DNA of 38,825 nt, taken from the NCBI GenBank assembly GCA_009786255.1, contig WQTO01000212.1:1-38825 (forward strand). Direction: 5' to 3'. The position numbers and the translations under genes were made by a program. Shown here in pieces: positions 30,408 to 38,825 of the stretch. A model generated the notes under the pieces. The model made no database searches. It saw nothing but the letters and a program-made list of their open reading frames with translations, and was not told the DNA's origin. This DNA comes from Candidatus Bathycorpusculum acidaminoxidans. Its GTDB lineage: Archaea; Thermoproteota; Bathyarchaeia; Bathyarchaeales; Bathycorpusculaceae. Every line of letters begins with the position of its first letter. The first letter of the stretch is position 1.

Positions 30408-31055
30408 CTAACTAAAACCATATTTTAGTTGAGAACTGTATACACACCGGTTGGCTAGTAGTGTTTGAGCTATTTGCAGTTCTTTAGGTGTGTTGACGTT
30501 TATTGCTAGTTCGGGTTGGTCAAGTAAAAAGATTTCTTGATCTAGCCATTCATCGTCGTATCGTTTGCTGCCGTCAATTACGTTAATTCCTGTCGGTACA
30601 ACATCTTTGTTTCTCATTTTAAATGAGTATTCAACACTCATTCCCATTTTGATTTTTGTTTCAATAGGTATTGCGACTGTTAGTGCAGGCTTGCCACAGT
30701 TTTCATAACGATTAATTATTTGGTCTATGATTTCTCCGGTTATTAATGGCAAATCTGCGGCTATAGCAAGAAAAACACCTAGTTTGAGGGTTTGAGTAGC
30801 GTATCCCATGTCTGAGACATAATCTTTTCCAGGGGTTACTGTGATTTTTGCAGGGAATTTTTCTATGAATTTAGCGGTTTTTGGGGTTTGCTGGGTTACT
30901 GCGACATATATGTTATCGATTTTTTTGGCGTTTTTTAGGGCGTCAAATACGTATTTGATAACAGGTGTGCCACAGATTTCTATGAGGGGTTTTTCTTGTA
31001 AAGTACTCATACGTGTACCTTTACCGCCGGCCATAACTAGTGCGGAAACAGTCAT
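30408..31055 (-). CDS. cobY: CobY-like NTP transferase, copy 2
   Basis: ALVMAGGKGTRM..EKPL, TPGKDY, ADLP, PTGINVI and NVNT motifs; 4-bp overlap with cobS copy 2. Confidence 0.85.
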   Translation of the reverse strand: MTVSALVMAGGKGTRMSTLQEKPLIEICGTPVIKYVFDALKNAKKIDNIYVAVTQQTPKTAKFIEKFPAKITVTPGKDYVSDMGYATQTLKLGVFLAIAADLPLITGEIIDQIINRYENCGKPALTVAIPIETKIKMGMSVEYSFKMRNKDVVPTGINVIDGSKRYDDEWLDQEIFLLDQPELAINVNTPKELQIAQTLLANRCVYSSQLKYGFS

Positions 31056-31897
31056 ATGGTCATTAGCACTCCTAAGAATAGTACAAATGTTATTGCTCTT
31101 GAAATTTCATTTGTTGCGCCTATGATATCGCCTGAGACGCCGCCAAACACTTTCTCAGCTACTTTTGCCATTATACCTGCAAGAGGAATGTTAGCAAATA
31201 TTATACCAATGCTTAAAAGACCATAAACTGGGTTAACTGCTAAGGTAAATAATACAAAAGCAATTATTGCTGAAATGATATATGTAATTATGTTTAGTTT
31301 CTTTTTAGCTTTCTTTAAGAACATGGAGCCTAAGCCTTTGTGGGTGGGTTTTCCAATCCATACAAGGGTTACCATTGCAAGTTTAGCTGCAACTTCTGCT
31401 GAAATAATAACGGCAAATATTAACAAATGGTTCGTAAAGAGGGGAACTATTAGAAATAGCCCTAAAAAGGCTATGAATTCTATAATTATAGCAAATATTG
31501 CTCCAGAATAGTTCACTGTCCAAGCGTGAGCGGCCATTTTTCGGTCATGCTCATTTCGAAAACCTAAAGCGTTGCCAAGGTCTATTAAACCGTCAAAATG
31601 TTGAAGTCCCGTTATAACCAGTAGAAACGCTACAGTCATAGCTGCCGTCGCAAATTTTGCTAAAAAGTCAACAGGTAAAGTTATGAAACTGTTAAGGCTG
31701 TTTAACAAGATTTGGAGGATAAAGTTGCTAGTGATAAAGTATGCACTAGCCATAAGACCTATGAAACTGCCTATCAATGGGAAAAGGTACATGTTTTCTG
31801 CTGAAGTGAAAACAAAGTCTTCTTTTCCACCTACAGGGATTACAGTAAGGAATGCAAGCAAATCCCTAAAGGTTTTTATAGTTTTTGCAGGCGACAT
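31052..31897 (-). CDS. cobS: CobS-family membrane protein, copy 2 (divergent)
   Basis: FLTVIP, FPLIG, TGLQHFDGLIDLGN, GLG..F and GGVSGDIIGATNE motifs. Confidence 0.82.
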   Translation of the reverse strand: MSPAKTIKTFRDLLAFLTVIPVGGKEDFVFTSAENMYLFPLIGSFIGLMASAYFITSNFILQILLNSLNSFITLPVDFLAKFATAAMTVAFLLVITGLQHFDGLIDLGNALGFRNEHDRKMAAHAWTVNYSGAIFAIIIEFIAFLGLFLIVPLFTNHLLIFAVIISAEVAAKLAMVTLVWIGKPTHKGLGSMFLKKAKKKLNIITYIISAIIAFVLFTLAVNPVYGLLSIGIIFANIPLAGIMAKVAEKVFGGVSGDIIGATNEISRAITFVLFLGVLMTI

Positions 31898-31935
31898 ATA
31901 ACTAACAGTAGGTAATAGGTAATATAGGCTTTGTC

Positions 31936-32880
31936 GTGATTAAAATGGCAGAATTTAATGATAAAAAAGTGATGGTTACAGGTGGCGCTGGTTTTATTGG
32001 TTTTCACTTATCTAAGGCCCTCACCAGTTTAACAAATAATTTAACAATATATGACAATTTATCAAGTGGAAAAATAGAAAACGTACAGGATGTGCCTGCA
32101 GCAAAATTTGTTAAAGGCGATATTTTGGATCTTAAAACATTGCTCACTCAAGAGAAAATGGACGTAATTTATCATTTAGCTGCTCAAGTTGTAGTGCCCT
32201 ACTCTATGGAAAACCCCATGGAAGATTTTGACACAAACGCTAAAGGCACACTATGTGTTCTTGAAAAGGCACGTAAAGACGATGCTAAAGTGGTTTTTGC
32301 TTCTAGCGCAGCGGTGTATGGTAATCCGTCTGTGTTTCCTACACCTGAAAGTTATGGTTTTCATCCGTTCTCCTGCTATGGTTTATCCAAAGTTGTCGGC
32401 GAAGAATATTGTCAGATGTATCGTGAACAGTACGGTCTTGACATTGTAATAACTCGTTTTGCTAACGTTTATGGCTCTAGATGTCATGGTGTAATTCACG
32501 ATTTTTTGGACAAGCTTGTTAAAAATCCTGAAAAGTTAGAAATTATTGGCACAGGTCAACAATGCCGAGATTTTGTACACGTCTCTGACGTGGTAAATGC
32601 ACTAGTTAAAGTTGGAACCATGAACTCTGTTACAGGTGAAGTGTATAATCTTGGGTTTGGAAAAACAGTTTCTATTTTAGAGCTATCTAAGATGATGTTA
32701 ACAATCATGGGACTTCAGGATAAAACTGTTGTAACCACAACAAATGTTTCATGGCATGGAGATGTGACCAAAATATGGTTTGACGTAACTAAAGCAAAGA
32801 AAGAGTTAAATTGGAATCCAAAGGTATCTCTTGAAGATAACATAAAAGAGATCATTGCTGAGAGGAACCTAATTAGATGA
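31936..32880 (+). CDS. NAD-dependent epimerase/dehydratase (UDP-glucose 4-epimerase-like SDR)
   Basis: VTGGAGFIG, DNLSSG, HLAA, ASSAAVYG, YGLSK, NVYG and RDFVHV motifs. ATG at 31945 is an alternative start. Confidence 0.93.
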   Translation: MIKMAEFNDKKVMVTGGAGFIGFHLSKALTSLTNNLTIYDNLSSGKIENVQDVPAAKFVKGDILDLKTLLTQEKMDVIYHLAAQVVVPYSMENPMEDFDTNAKGTLCVLEKARKDDAKVVFASSAAVYGNPSVFPTPESYGFHPFSCYGLSKVVGEEYCQMYREQYGLDIVITRFANVYGSRCHGVIHDFLDKLVKNPEKLEIIGTGQQCRDFVHVSDVVNALVKVGTMNSVTGEVYNLGFGKTVSILELSKMMLTIMGLQDKTVVTTTNVSWHGDVTKIWFDVTKAKKELNWNPKVSLEDNIKEIIAERNLIR

Positions 32881-33797
32881 GTACATCACCCGTTAAAGGA
32901 TTTGTTGCACTTCTAAGAATGCCATATTGGCTGATGACTGGCGGTTTATCACTGCTCACAGCATTTGCCATAACCAAAGGCATGCTTGCTCCTGAGCAGA
33001 TGGTACTAATTTTTTTATCTATGGCATTTATCACTAGTGCCGGTTTTGCTATAAACGATTTTTTTGACCGTGAAAGTGACGCGGTAATAAAGCCTAAGCG
33101 TCCAATTCCTTCGGGTGCTTTAACTCTTAAACAGGTAATAGTTATCTCAAGTGTACTTTTCGCTGTTGGCCTAATTATGGCCTATCTCATCAGTTGGCTG
33201 GGTTTTGCAATTATTGCCATAGACTCAGTTCTGCTGCTTTTCTATTCTTACCTTGTGAAACGAAAATCAGGGTTTGCCGCAAATATTCTTGTTGGCATTT
33301 TAACTGGAACTGCTTTCATGTATGGTGGAGCAGCTGTAATAGCTGCAGGTGCAGCGTTTTCAGAGGTAATGCTTGTTACATTAAGTCTCTATCCAATAGC
33401 TTTTGGCACAATTGGTGGAAACGTTCTAAGAGACATTCTAAGTTTAGAGGGAGATACAAAAGTAGGTTACCCCACATTACCTCAAAAAATTGGCAGCATC
33501 GGTGCAGCTAAAGTTGGTGCTTTATTTTTTATGCTAACAGGTCTTCTTGCACCCTTACCCTATTTTATTGGAAAGATTGCAAAATACGTAGGCTTTGCCA
33601 ATGTAACTGGCTTTTCAATATTTTATCTGCCGTTTATTTTAATGTGGAGTGTGTTACTAATTTACTCATCAATTCGTCTTGCAACAGCAGCCTCTACAAT
33701 ACAAAATGTTCGTAAATATGAACGAGTAGTAACTATGTCTATGATTTTACTGCCTTTAGCTTTGATTGTTGAAGCAATAGTTGGAATACTACTATGA
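32877..33797 (+). CDS. UbiA-family prenyltransferase, digeranylgeranylglyceryl phosphate synthase-like
   Basis: INDFFDRESD...RPIPSG, YS..K....N and D....EGD..GY.TLP motifs; multi-TM; overlaps both neighbours by 4 bp. Confidence 0.88.
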   Translation: MSTSPVKGFVALLRMPYWLMTGGLSLLTAFAITKGMLAPEQMVLIFLSMAFITSAGFAINDFFDRESDAVIKPKRPIPSGALTLKQVIVISSVLFAVGLIMAYLISWLGFAIIAIDSVLLLFYSYLVKRKSGFAANILVGILTGTAFMYGGAAVIAAGAAFSEVMLVTLSLYPIAFGTIGGNVLRDILSLEGDTKVGYPTLPQKIGSIGAAKVGALFFMLTGLLAPLPYFIGKIAKYVGFANVTGFSIFYLPFILMWSVLLIYSSIRLATAASTIQNVRKYERVVTMSMILLPLALIVEAIVGILL

Positions 33798-35278
33798 GTG
33801 AAACTAAAAGCATCTGCCCAAAATGTCAGAAAAAAATTGATGCAAAACTACACAAACTTGACGATCAAATAAAAATTACCAAACAATGCGAAGAGCATGG
33901 CGAATTTAAAGCTATACACTGGCAGAGTACACCAATTTTTGATCACATGCAAAAATATGACCAATTTCAATACTTAGGAGATCTTAATGCACCAAAAAAT
34001 CCTGAAGGCTGCCCCTATGTCTGTGAAACCTGCAAAAATCATGCCTCTGGAACAGTTATAGGCGTAATTGATGTAACAAAACGTTGCAATTTTAAATGTG
34101 CCGTTTGTTTCTCAACGTTTCCCAATCAAGAACAGGAAGATTATGAGCCAACTAAAGAAGCGTTAATAGACATGTTAGAGTTTGCCGCAAAAGCAAACCC
34201 AAAACCTCCAGCAATTCTTTTTTCAGGTGGCGAACCACTTGAACGAGAAGATATGCCAGAGATCATAGCTGCTGCTCACCGATTAAAATTTATGACTATC
34301 CTAGCGACTAATGGCACTCATCTTGTTGACACACCGGGTTTAGCTAAAGAGCTTAAAGAAAAAGGGTTAAACATTGTCTATCTGTCCTTTGATAGTTTTA
34401 ATGAAGCTTTCAATAAAAAAGTTCGCGGTTTACCTTTGGTAGATATTAAACTAAAAGCTATCCAAGTTTGTCGTGAACATGATATGGAAGTTATTCTAGT
34501 TAACACTTTAATGAAAAGTCTAAATGACAACGAGGTCGGTGACATGATAAGGTTTGCAGCCAAAAACACGGACATCGTAAGAGGCTTAATTTTTCAACCA
34601 ATTGCTTTCACGGGCAGAGCAACGGAGAATCCATTTCGCGAAAATTTCCGTGAATGGAATTTTGCCGAAGACGTAGAAAAACAAACAAATGGAGAAATAA
34701 AAACAACTGATCTGTTTCCAATGTCAGTTATGACGTCTCCTATTAAAATAATGCGCAAATTTATGCAGAAGCCTTGGCCTCTATTTAGCTGTAGTCCCCA
34801 ATGCGGCATTGTAAACTGGGTCTACGTATCCAAAAATGGTAAAATGTTTCCAATTAACCAGTTTATAAATTTTGACAAGTTTTTCAATTACATCCGTAAA
34901 ACTGCTGAAAACGCGGAGTCAAAAGGCAAAATATCTCTTCTTTCTTCACTTTTCATGGGAGCCATGCTATCAATGCGCATGTTAACAGTAACAAAAGAAG
35001 TAGGCACATTTACATTGTTAAACAGTATTTTGCGCATGCATATCGCGCCTTCTTATGCGTCATTGGGAAAAATACGTCGGAAAATTTTCTTGCTAGGTTG
35101 TATGGCTTTTATGGATTCCTACAATTTTGACGTAAACCGTGTACGCCGATGCGTAGTTCACTATATCACACCTGACAAAAAAATCATCCCCTTCTGCGCG
35201 TATAACAATGTTCACAGAGTGCAAATTGAAAATGAGTACATTGAACGCCAACAAAAAAATAAAAGTAACAGCAGATAA
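33794..35278 (+). CDS. tes: Tetraether lipid synthase (Tes/GDGT-MAS, MJ0619-like) radical SAM homolog
   Basis: Rubredoxin-like CPKC...C.EHGEF, GCPYVCETCKNH, IDVTKRCNFKCAVCF, YEP, GGEP, NDNEVG, FQPIAFTGR, and C-terminal CM.FMD.YNFDV.RV.RC..HY.TPD..IIPFCAYN. Confidence 0.88.
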   Translation: MSETKSICPKCQKKIDAKLHKLDDQIKITKQCEEHGEFKAIHWQSTPIFDHMQKYDQFQYLGDLNAPKNPEGCPYVCETCKNHASGTVIGVIDVTKRCNFKCAVCFSTFPNQEQEDYEPTKEALIDMLEFAAKANPKPPAILFSGGEPLEREDMPEIIAAAHRLKFMTILATNGTHLVDTPGLAKELKEKGLNIVYLSFDSFNEAFNKKVRGLPLVDIKLKAIQVCREHDMEVILVNTLMKSLNDNEVGDMIRFAAKNTDIVRGLIFQPIAFTGRATENPFRENFREWNFAEDVEKQTNGEIKTTDLFPMSVMTSPIKIMRKFMQKPWPLFSCSPQCGIVNWVYVSKNGKMFPINQFINFDKFFNYIRKTAENAESKGKISLLSSLFMGAMLSMRMLTVTKEVGTFTLLNSILRMHIAPSYASLGKIRRKIFLLGCMAFMDSYNFDVNRVRRCVVHYITPDKKIIPFCAYNNVHRVQIENEYIERQQKNKSNSR

Positions 35279-35287
35279 AAAAGCAGT

Positions 35288-35800
35288 TTAGTCGGTATTG
35301 GCAGTAGCTACATCAACATGTAAGAGACAAAAATTATCAGTATAGCTATAATTTACATCATTTTTAACGTAGAGTTCAAACACAATACTATATTTTCCCT
35401 CTTCGTTGATGGTTAAAGGTATTTGGTTATTCCAAGTGTGTTCATTGTTTAATGTGAACTCGTATGTTTTATAGGCTGGAGCGTCAACAGGAAATATGAA
35501 AGTGTTGTGGACAATTTTTACTTGAACTTGATACTCTTGTGTTGCGTGCATGTTATTTGTAACAACAAGTGGAATGGTAAAGGTATTGTTTTTGTTTATG
35601 ATAAGAGTTTCTATATAGTTAACTGCTTGATTTTGGTTGTCAAGCAGGTACATTACGTGGTAACCGGGGGGTTTAATTATATTTGCAATGAGATATCCGC
35701 CTACCATACAACAAATAAGAATAAGTGCAATAGCTACCGCCGTATGTGCTTTATCAAGTTTTATTGTAACTGTCGAGTTGTCGTTTTCCATAGATTTCAC
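35288..35800 (-). CDS. DUF1616-like membrane-anchored protein
   Basis: Single TM, then YLLD.Q.QAVNY and a beta-rich domain ending in IVFELY...LHVDV; 4-bp overlap with the GT2 gene. Confidence 0.65.
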   Translation of the reverse strand: MKSMENDNSTVTIKLDKAHTAVAIALILICCMVGGYLIANIIKPPGYHVMYLLDNQNQAVNYIETLIINKNNTFTIPLVVTNNMHATQEYQVQVKIVHNTFIFPVDAPAYKTYEFTLNNEHTWNNQIPLTINEEGKYSIVFELYVKNDVNYSYTDNFCLLHVDVATANTD

Positions 35801-36483
35801 TTGTTTACTATACCTTTTATCATTGTAGTAAATATCTCTATGGTTGACTTGAATTTTTGTAATTTAGGCTTGCCATATTTACGGATTTTATAGGTGCTTT
35901 TTATTTCAACCATTTTATAATTTTTCTTTTTAAATTTAATTAGCATCTCTGTGGCAAAGGCCATGTCACTTTCAACGAGACGCACGTTGTCTATAGCCTC
36001 ATGGGATATAGCTCTAAAACCTGATTGAGTATCGCTTAAATATTGACTATAAAGAAAGTCAAAGCAGAAAGTGATTACTTTGTTTCCAACAAAGTTGAAA
36101 AAACCCATAGCTTTATTTGGATCATACATGCGTGAAGCTAAAACTAAGTCAGCGTTTTCTTGAACTAATTTATCAAGCATAAGACCTATATGTTTTACCT
36201 CATATGTGCCATCGCCGTCAACCATTATGATAACATTGCCTTTTGCGTTTTCCATACCTGTTTTTAAAGCTCGACCATAACCTCGTCTAGGTTCAGTTAT
36301 TAGTCTACAAAAGTTTGTGCTTTTTACGATGTCTTGTGTGCCGTCGGTAGAGTTGCCGTCCACAACAATAATTTCGTTAGGATAAGTTAATTCTTCATGG
36401 ATTGTAGTTACAGCTTCCAGTATATTGCCTGCTTCATTAAGTGTTGGAATTACTATAGATACTAGTTCTACCTTTCTAGTCAT
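35797..36483 (-). CDS. GT2 glycosyltransferase (DPM synthase-like)
   Basis: SIVIPTLNEA, VVDGNSTDGT, GYG.AL, DGDGTY and SDTQSGFRA motifs. Confidence 0.92.
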   Translation of the reverse strand: MTRKVELVSIVIPTLNEAGNILEAVTTIHEELTYPNEIIVVDGNSTDGTQDIVKSTNFCRLITEPRRGYGRALKTGMENAKGNVIIMVDGDGTYEVKHIGLMLDKLVQENADLVLASRMYDPNKAMGFFNFVGNKVITFCFDFLYSQYLSDTQSGFRAISHEAIDNVRLVESDMAFATEMLIKFKKKNYKMVEIKSTYKIRKYGKPKLQKFKSTIEIFTTMIKGIVNK

Positions 36484-36524
36484 GCCAATCTTCCTATTGT
36501 TAAGATGATACTGTCTATGCTAAC

Positions 36525-37709
36525 TTAAATAAGCTCTTCGTATACTTCAACAAGTCGCGCTACATTTTTGTCCCAGCTGTATTGTTCCTCAACAATTGCC
36601 CGCAGTTCATCTGTCTCTTTGTAAAGTTCTGCAAATTCAGCAATAGCGTCTGCTAACGCTTGAGGATTATTTGCGGGAACCAGTTTTCCAAAAGTTTTCA
36701 CCATAATTTCATTTATACCTCCAACATTTGTAGCTATAACAGGCAAACCGCACGCCATAGCTTCTAGAGCCACCAAAGGTAGACCCTCACCTGATTTTGA
36801 TGGCAAAACAAACAGGTCAGCAGCGTTGTAGTATAAGTGTAAGTCTTGGTCAGCAACAAATCCGGCTAGTTTAATGTTTTTTTCAAGACCTAATTGTTCT
36901 ATTTGATTTTGAACACTTAACATGTCAGGACCTTTTCCGACAATTATAAAAACAAGGTTTTGTTTCTTTTTTACTACAATGTTTGCAGCGTCAATAAGCG
37001 TGTCAACACCGTTCTTGTAAACTAGTCTACGAACTGTTAGAACAACTTTGGCCTCTTTGGGAACACCAAGTTTTTTACGCATATCTACTTTAACGTTAGG
37101 TAAAGGCTTGAATCTGTTAAGGTCTACACCGTTATGGAGAACTTGGATTTTGTTTGGGTTTGCACCTAAGCTTAACACGTACTCTTTTGTTGCATTACTT
37201 ACAGTTATTATTTTGTCAGCTTGTTTTAGGGTTTCTTTACCTACAGTTATGTCATTGACTTTTTCAACAAAATTGAAAATATTTTTGTAATCTATGAATG
37301 TATTGTGTTGAGTTAGGACAAATGGTTTTTCATAGTATTTCGCGAGTTTACCAGCTATAAGAGATGTTAAATATGGATGACCATGAGCGTGAATAATTTT
37401 GCTGTTTTTTATGTTTTTAGTAAATACGGAAAAACTAGGCATTGTTGGAATAGTGTAGGGTATGCCTAAACGAAAAGCCATATTCATAGATTCATAACAT
37501 TCAACCTTTAATCCGTCATAAACGTATTTTTTAGGGGTTTGAATGCGATTTGTAACAATTTTAGGCTCAAAATTTTTTTGAAGAAGCCTTTTGCTTTGCT
37601 CATAAGTTACAATTTGTATTCCACCAACTGAGGGCAGAAACACGCTTGTAACAAGACATAACCGTATTTGACCCATAAAGCCCAACTGTATAAACTCCTC
37701 AATCACCAA
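36525..37709 (-). CDS. GT4 glycosyltransferase
   Basis: F.P.VGG, IHAH, LTQH, TVS, HNGVD, RLVYKNG and PSKSGEGLPLVALEAMACG motifs. Confidence 0.93.
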   Translation of the reverse strand: MVIEEFIQLGFMGQIRLCLVTSVFLPSVGGIQIVTYEQSKRLLQKNFEPKIVTNRIQTPKKYVYDGLKVECYESMNMAFRLGIPYTIPTMPSFSVFTKNIKNSKIIHAHGHPYLTSLIAGKLAKYYEKPFVLTQHNTFIDYKNIFNFVEKVNDITVGKETLKQADKIITVSNATKEYVLSLGANPNKIQVLHNGVDLNRFKPLPNVKVDMRKKLGVPKEAKVVLTVRRLVYKNGVDTLIDAANIVVKKKQNLVFIIVGKGPDMLSVQNQIEQLGLEKNIKLAGFVADQDLHLYYNAADLFVLPSKSGEGLPLVALEAMACGLPVIATNVGGINEIMVKTFGKLVPANNPQALADAIAEFAELYKETDELRAIVEEQYSWDKNVARLVEVYEELI

Positions 37710-38016
37710 AATATTATAATGTTATGGTAAAGTGAATCGTTTAATTACAGCAAAAATTATTAACAAATCAAACAGAGGCCATCATTATTTGAGTTGCCGA
37801 CCTCCCACACCACATACGCACCGTTCAATATACAACATTCAACAACACAAACACAACATTACCATCACTATTATTGTACCATCCAAACATCCACGCTCTA
37901 GAATTGTTATTAAATAAAGTAACAGTAATGTAAATGATGCTCATAGAGCATACGTTATATCAAATGTGTCCCGTAGACTTATTTAGTAACGTTCCCTTAA
38001 CTGAACCATTAGTAAT

Positions 38017-38607
38017 CTATTTTTTAAGCCCACTTTGTTTTGCTTCTATAAGCCGCAGAGTCATCAATTCGCCTAGCACAGCTAAATCCTCCGTGGGTAA
38101 AAAATTTGCAGCCGACTCATCATATAGTATATTAGCGGCTGCCCCAAACTCGTCAGAAACATAGAGAATAACTGTCAAAGGAATACCCTTCAACGCTAAA
38201 AGTTCAACAGATGTATCCCCTAAACCCAAACGTTTACCACCCAAAAATTCTGCCGCTTCAAAAAGTAACTCAGAGTCTCCACCAAAGACCTGCTCAAGAG
38301 GCGTTATAGCCCTATTGATAAACGCGCCTTCATATGCATAACCACCCGGTAAATCCCTAAACTTAACGAGCCTACCAACTAAGGGTACCTGATTACCCAT
38401 TGTATAATGAGTAAGCAACGGCGCAATAAGCTTCACAGCTAACTCTTCAGTCAACCGCTGCACTGAAGGATTAAAATCATCAATTATAGTGCCCTCTTCC
38501 AAATTTAGTGTGAAACCTAAAAACCGATAATAAACTACCCCTGTTAACTGCTGCAATCTTGTTTGAACTTGCTTCGTTACATTAAGCTTAAACACATAAA
38601 TCAACAA
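38017..38607 (-). CDS. DUF3786-family protein
   Basis: FRDLPGGYAYEGAF, DEFGAAANILYD and LPTEDLAVL motifs. Start uncertain. Confidence 0.8.
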   Translation of the reverse strand: MLIYVFKLNVTKQVQTRLQQLTGVVYYRFLGFTLNLEEGTIIDDFNPSVQRLTEELAVKLIAPLLTHYTMGNQVPLVGRLVKFRDLPGGYAYEGAFINRAITPLEQVFGGDSELLFEAAEFLGGKRLGLGDTSVELLALKGIPLTVILYVSDEFGAAANILYDESAANFLPTEDLAVLGELMTLRLIEAKQSGLKK

Positions 38608-38671
38608 CTATCGTTTACGAAAATTATTTCACACTTATATTTGTTCTGTTTTTCAGGGCTTTGGGACAAAA

Positions 38672-38824
38672 TTATTGGGTTTCTTTGTTTAGAGTTTTTT
38701 CATCTTCAGGCGTTAGTATGATATCTCTTGTATAGACTTCAGCATCATATATCTCTAAGAACTGTAGCACTTTTTCCAAATCAGATTCTTTCACAATAAT
38801 AACACTACGTACCAACTTTATGTG
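38672..38824 (-). CDS. Partial CDS (3' end) of a small archaeal hypothetical protein
   Basis: Open frame from the window edge: HIKLVRSVIIVKESDLEKVLQFLEIYDAEVYTRDIILTPEDEKTLNKETQ*. Confidence 0.6.
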   Translation of the reverse strand, partial: HIKLVRSVIIVKESDLEKVLQFLEIYDAEVYTRDIILTPEDEKTLNKETQ

Positions 38825-38825
38825 T

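Noticed and set aside
37732-38016. C/A-rich stretch with short ORFs on both strands
   Set aside because: Possibly a degraded gene fragment, but interrupted by stops and without a recognisable family.

Overview
AT-rich archaeal window (group II chaperonin, TIGR00303-type CobT, CobY, DGGGP synthase-like UbiA, BRE/TATA promoters). The gene style suggests Bathyarchaeia, possibly a termite-gut lineage; this is inference. After a housekeeping block (DUF2096, thyA-like, thermosome, Sua5) and a decayed accessory patch (IS1182 remnant, pseudogene fragments, surface protein), about 27 kb (10.9-37.7 kb) interleaves three gene sets. (i) Cobamide nucleotide-loop/salvage genes: DUF71/Dph6-like, cobT, cobS, cobY, cbiB, cobD, plus a second, divergent cobS-cobY pair. 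(ii) Ether/tetraether lipid genes: a divergent UbiA/DGGGP synthase and a Tes/GDGT-MAS homolog in an operon with an NDP-sugar epimerase. (iii) Five glycosyltransferases and further radical SAM enzymes. The whole window holds six radical SAM genes: two B12-binding class B, two SPASM, one HemN-like and Tes. Several paralogs carry substitutions at normally conserved catalytic positions (CobS2, UbiA, amidohydrolase, aldo/keto reductase, HemN-like). The best candidate for an undescribed system is a corrinoid-linked pathway that builds or modifies tetraether (glyco)lipids, possibly using repurposed cob enzymes. No rRNA, tRNA or CRISPR array was found. Family calls come from motif recognition, not database searches.
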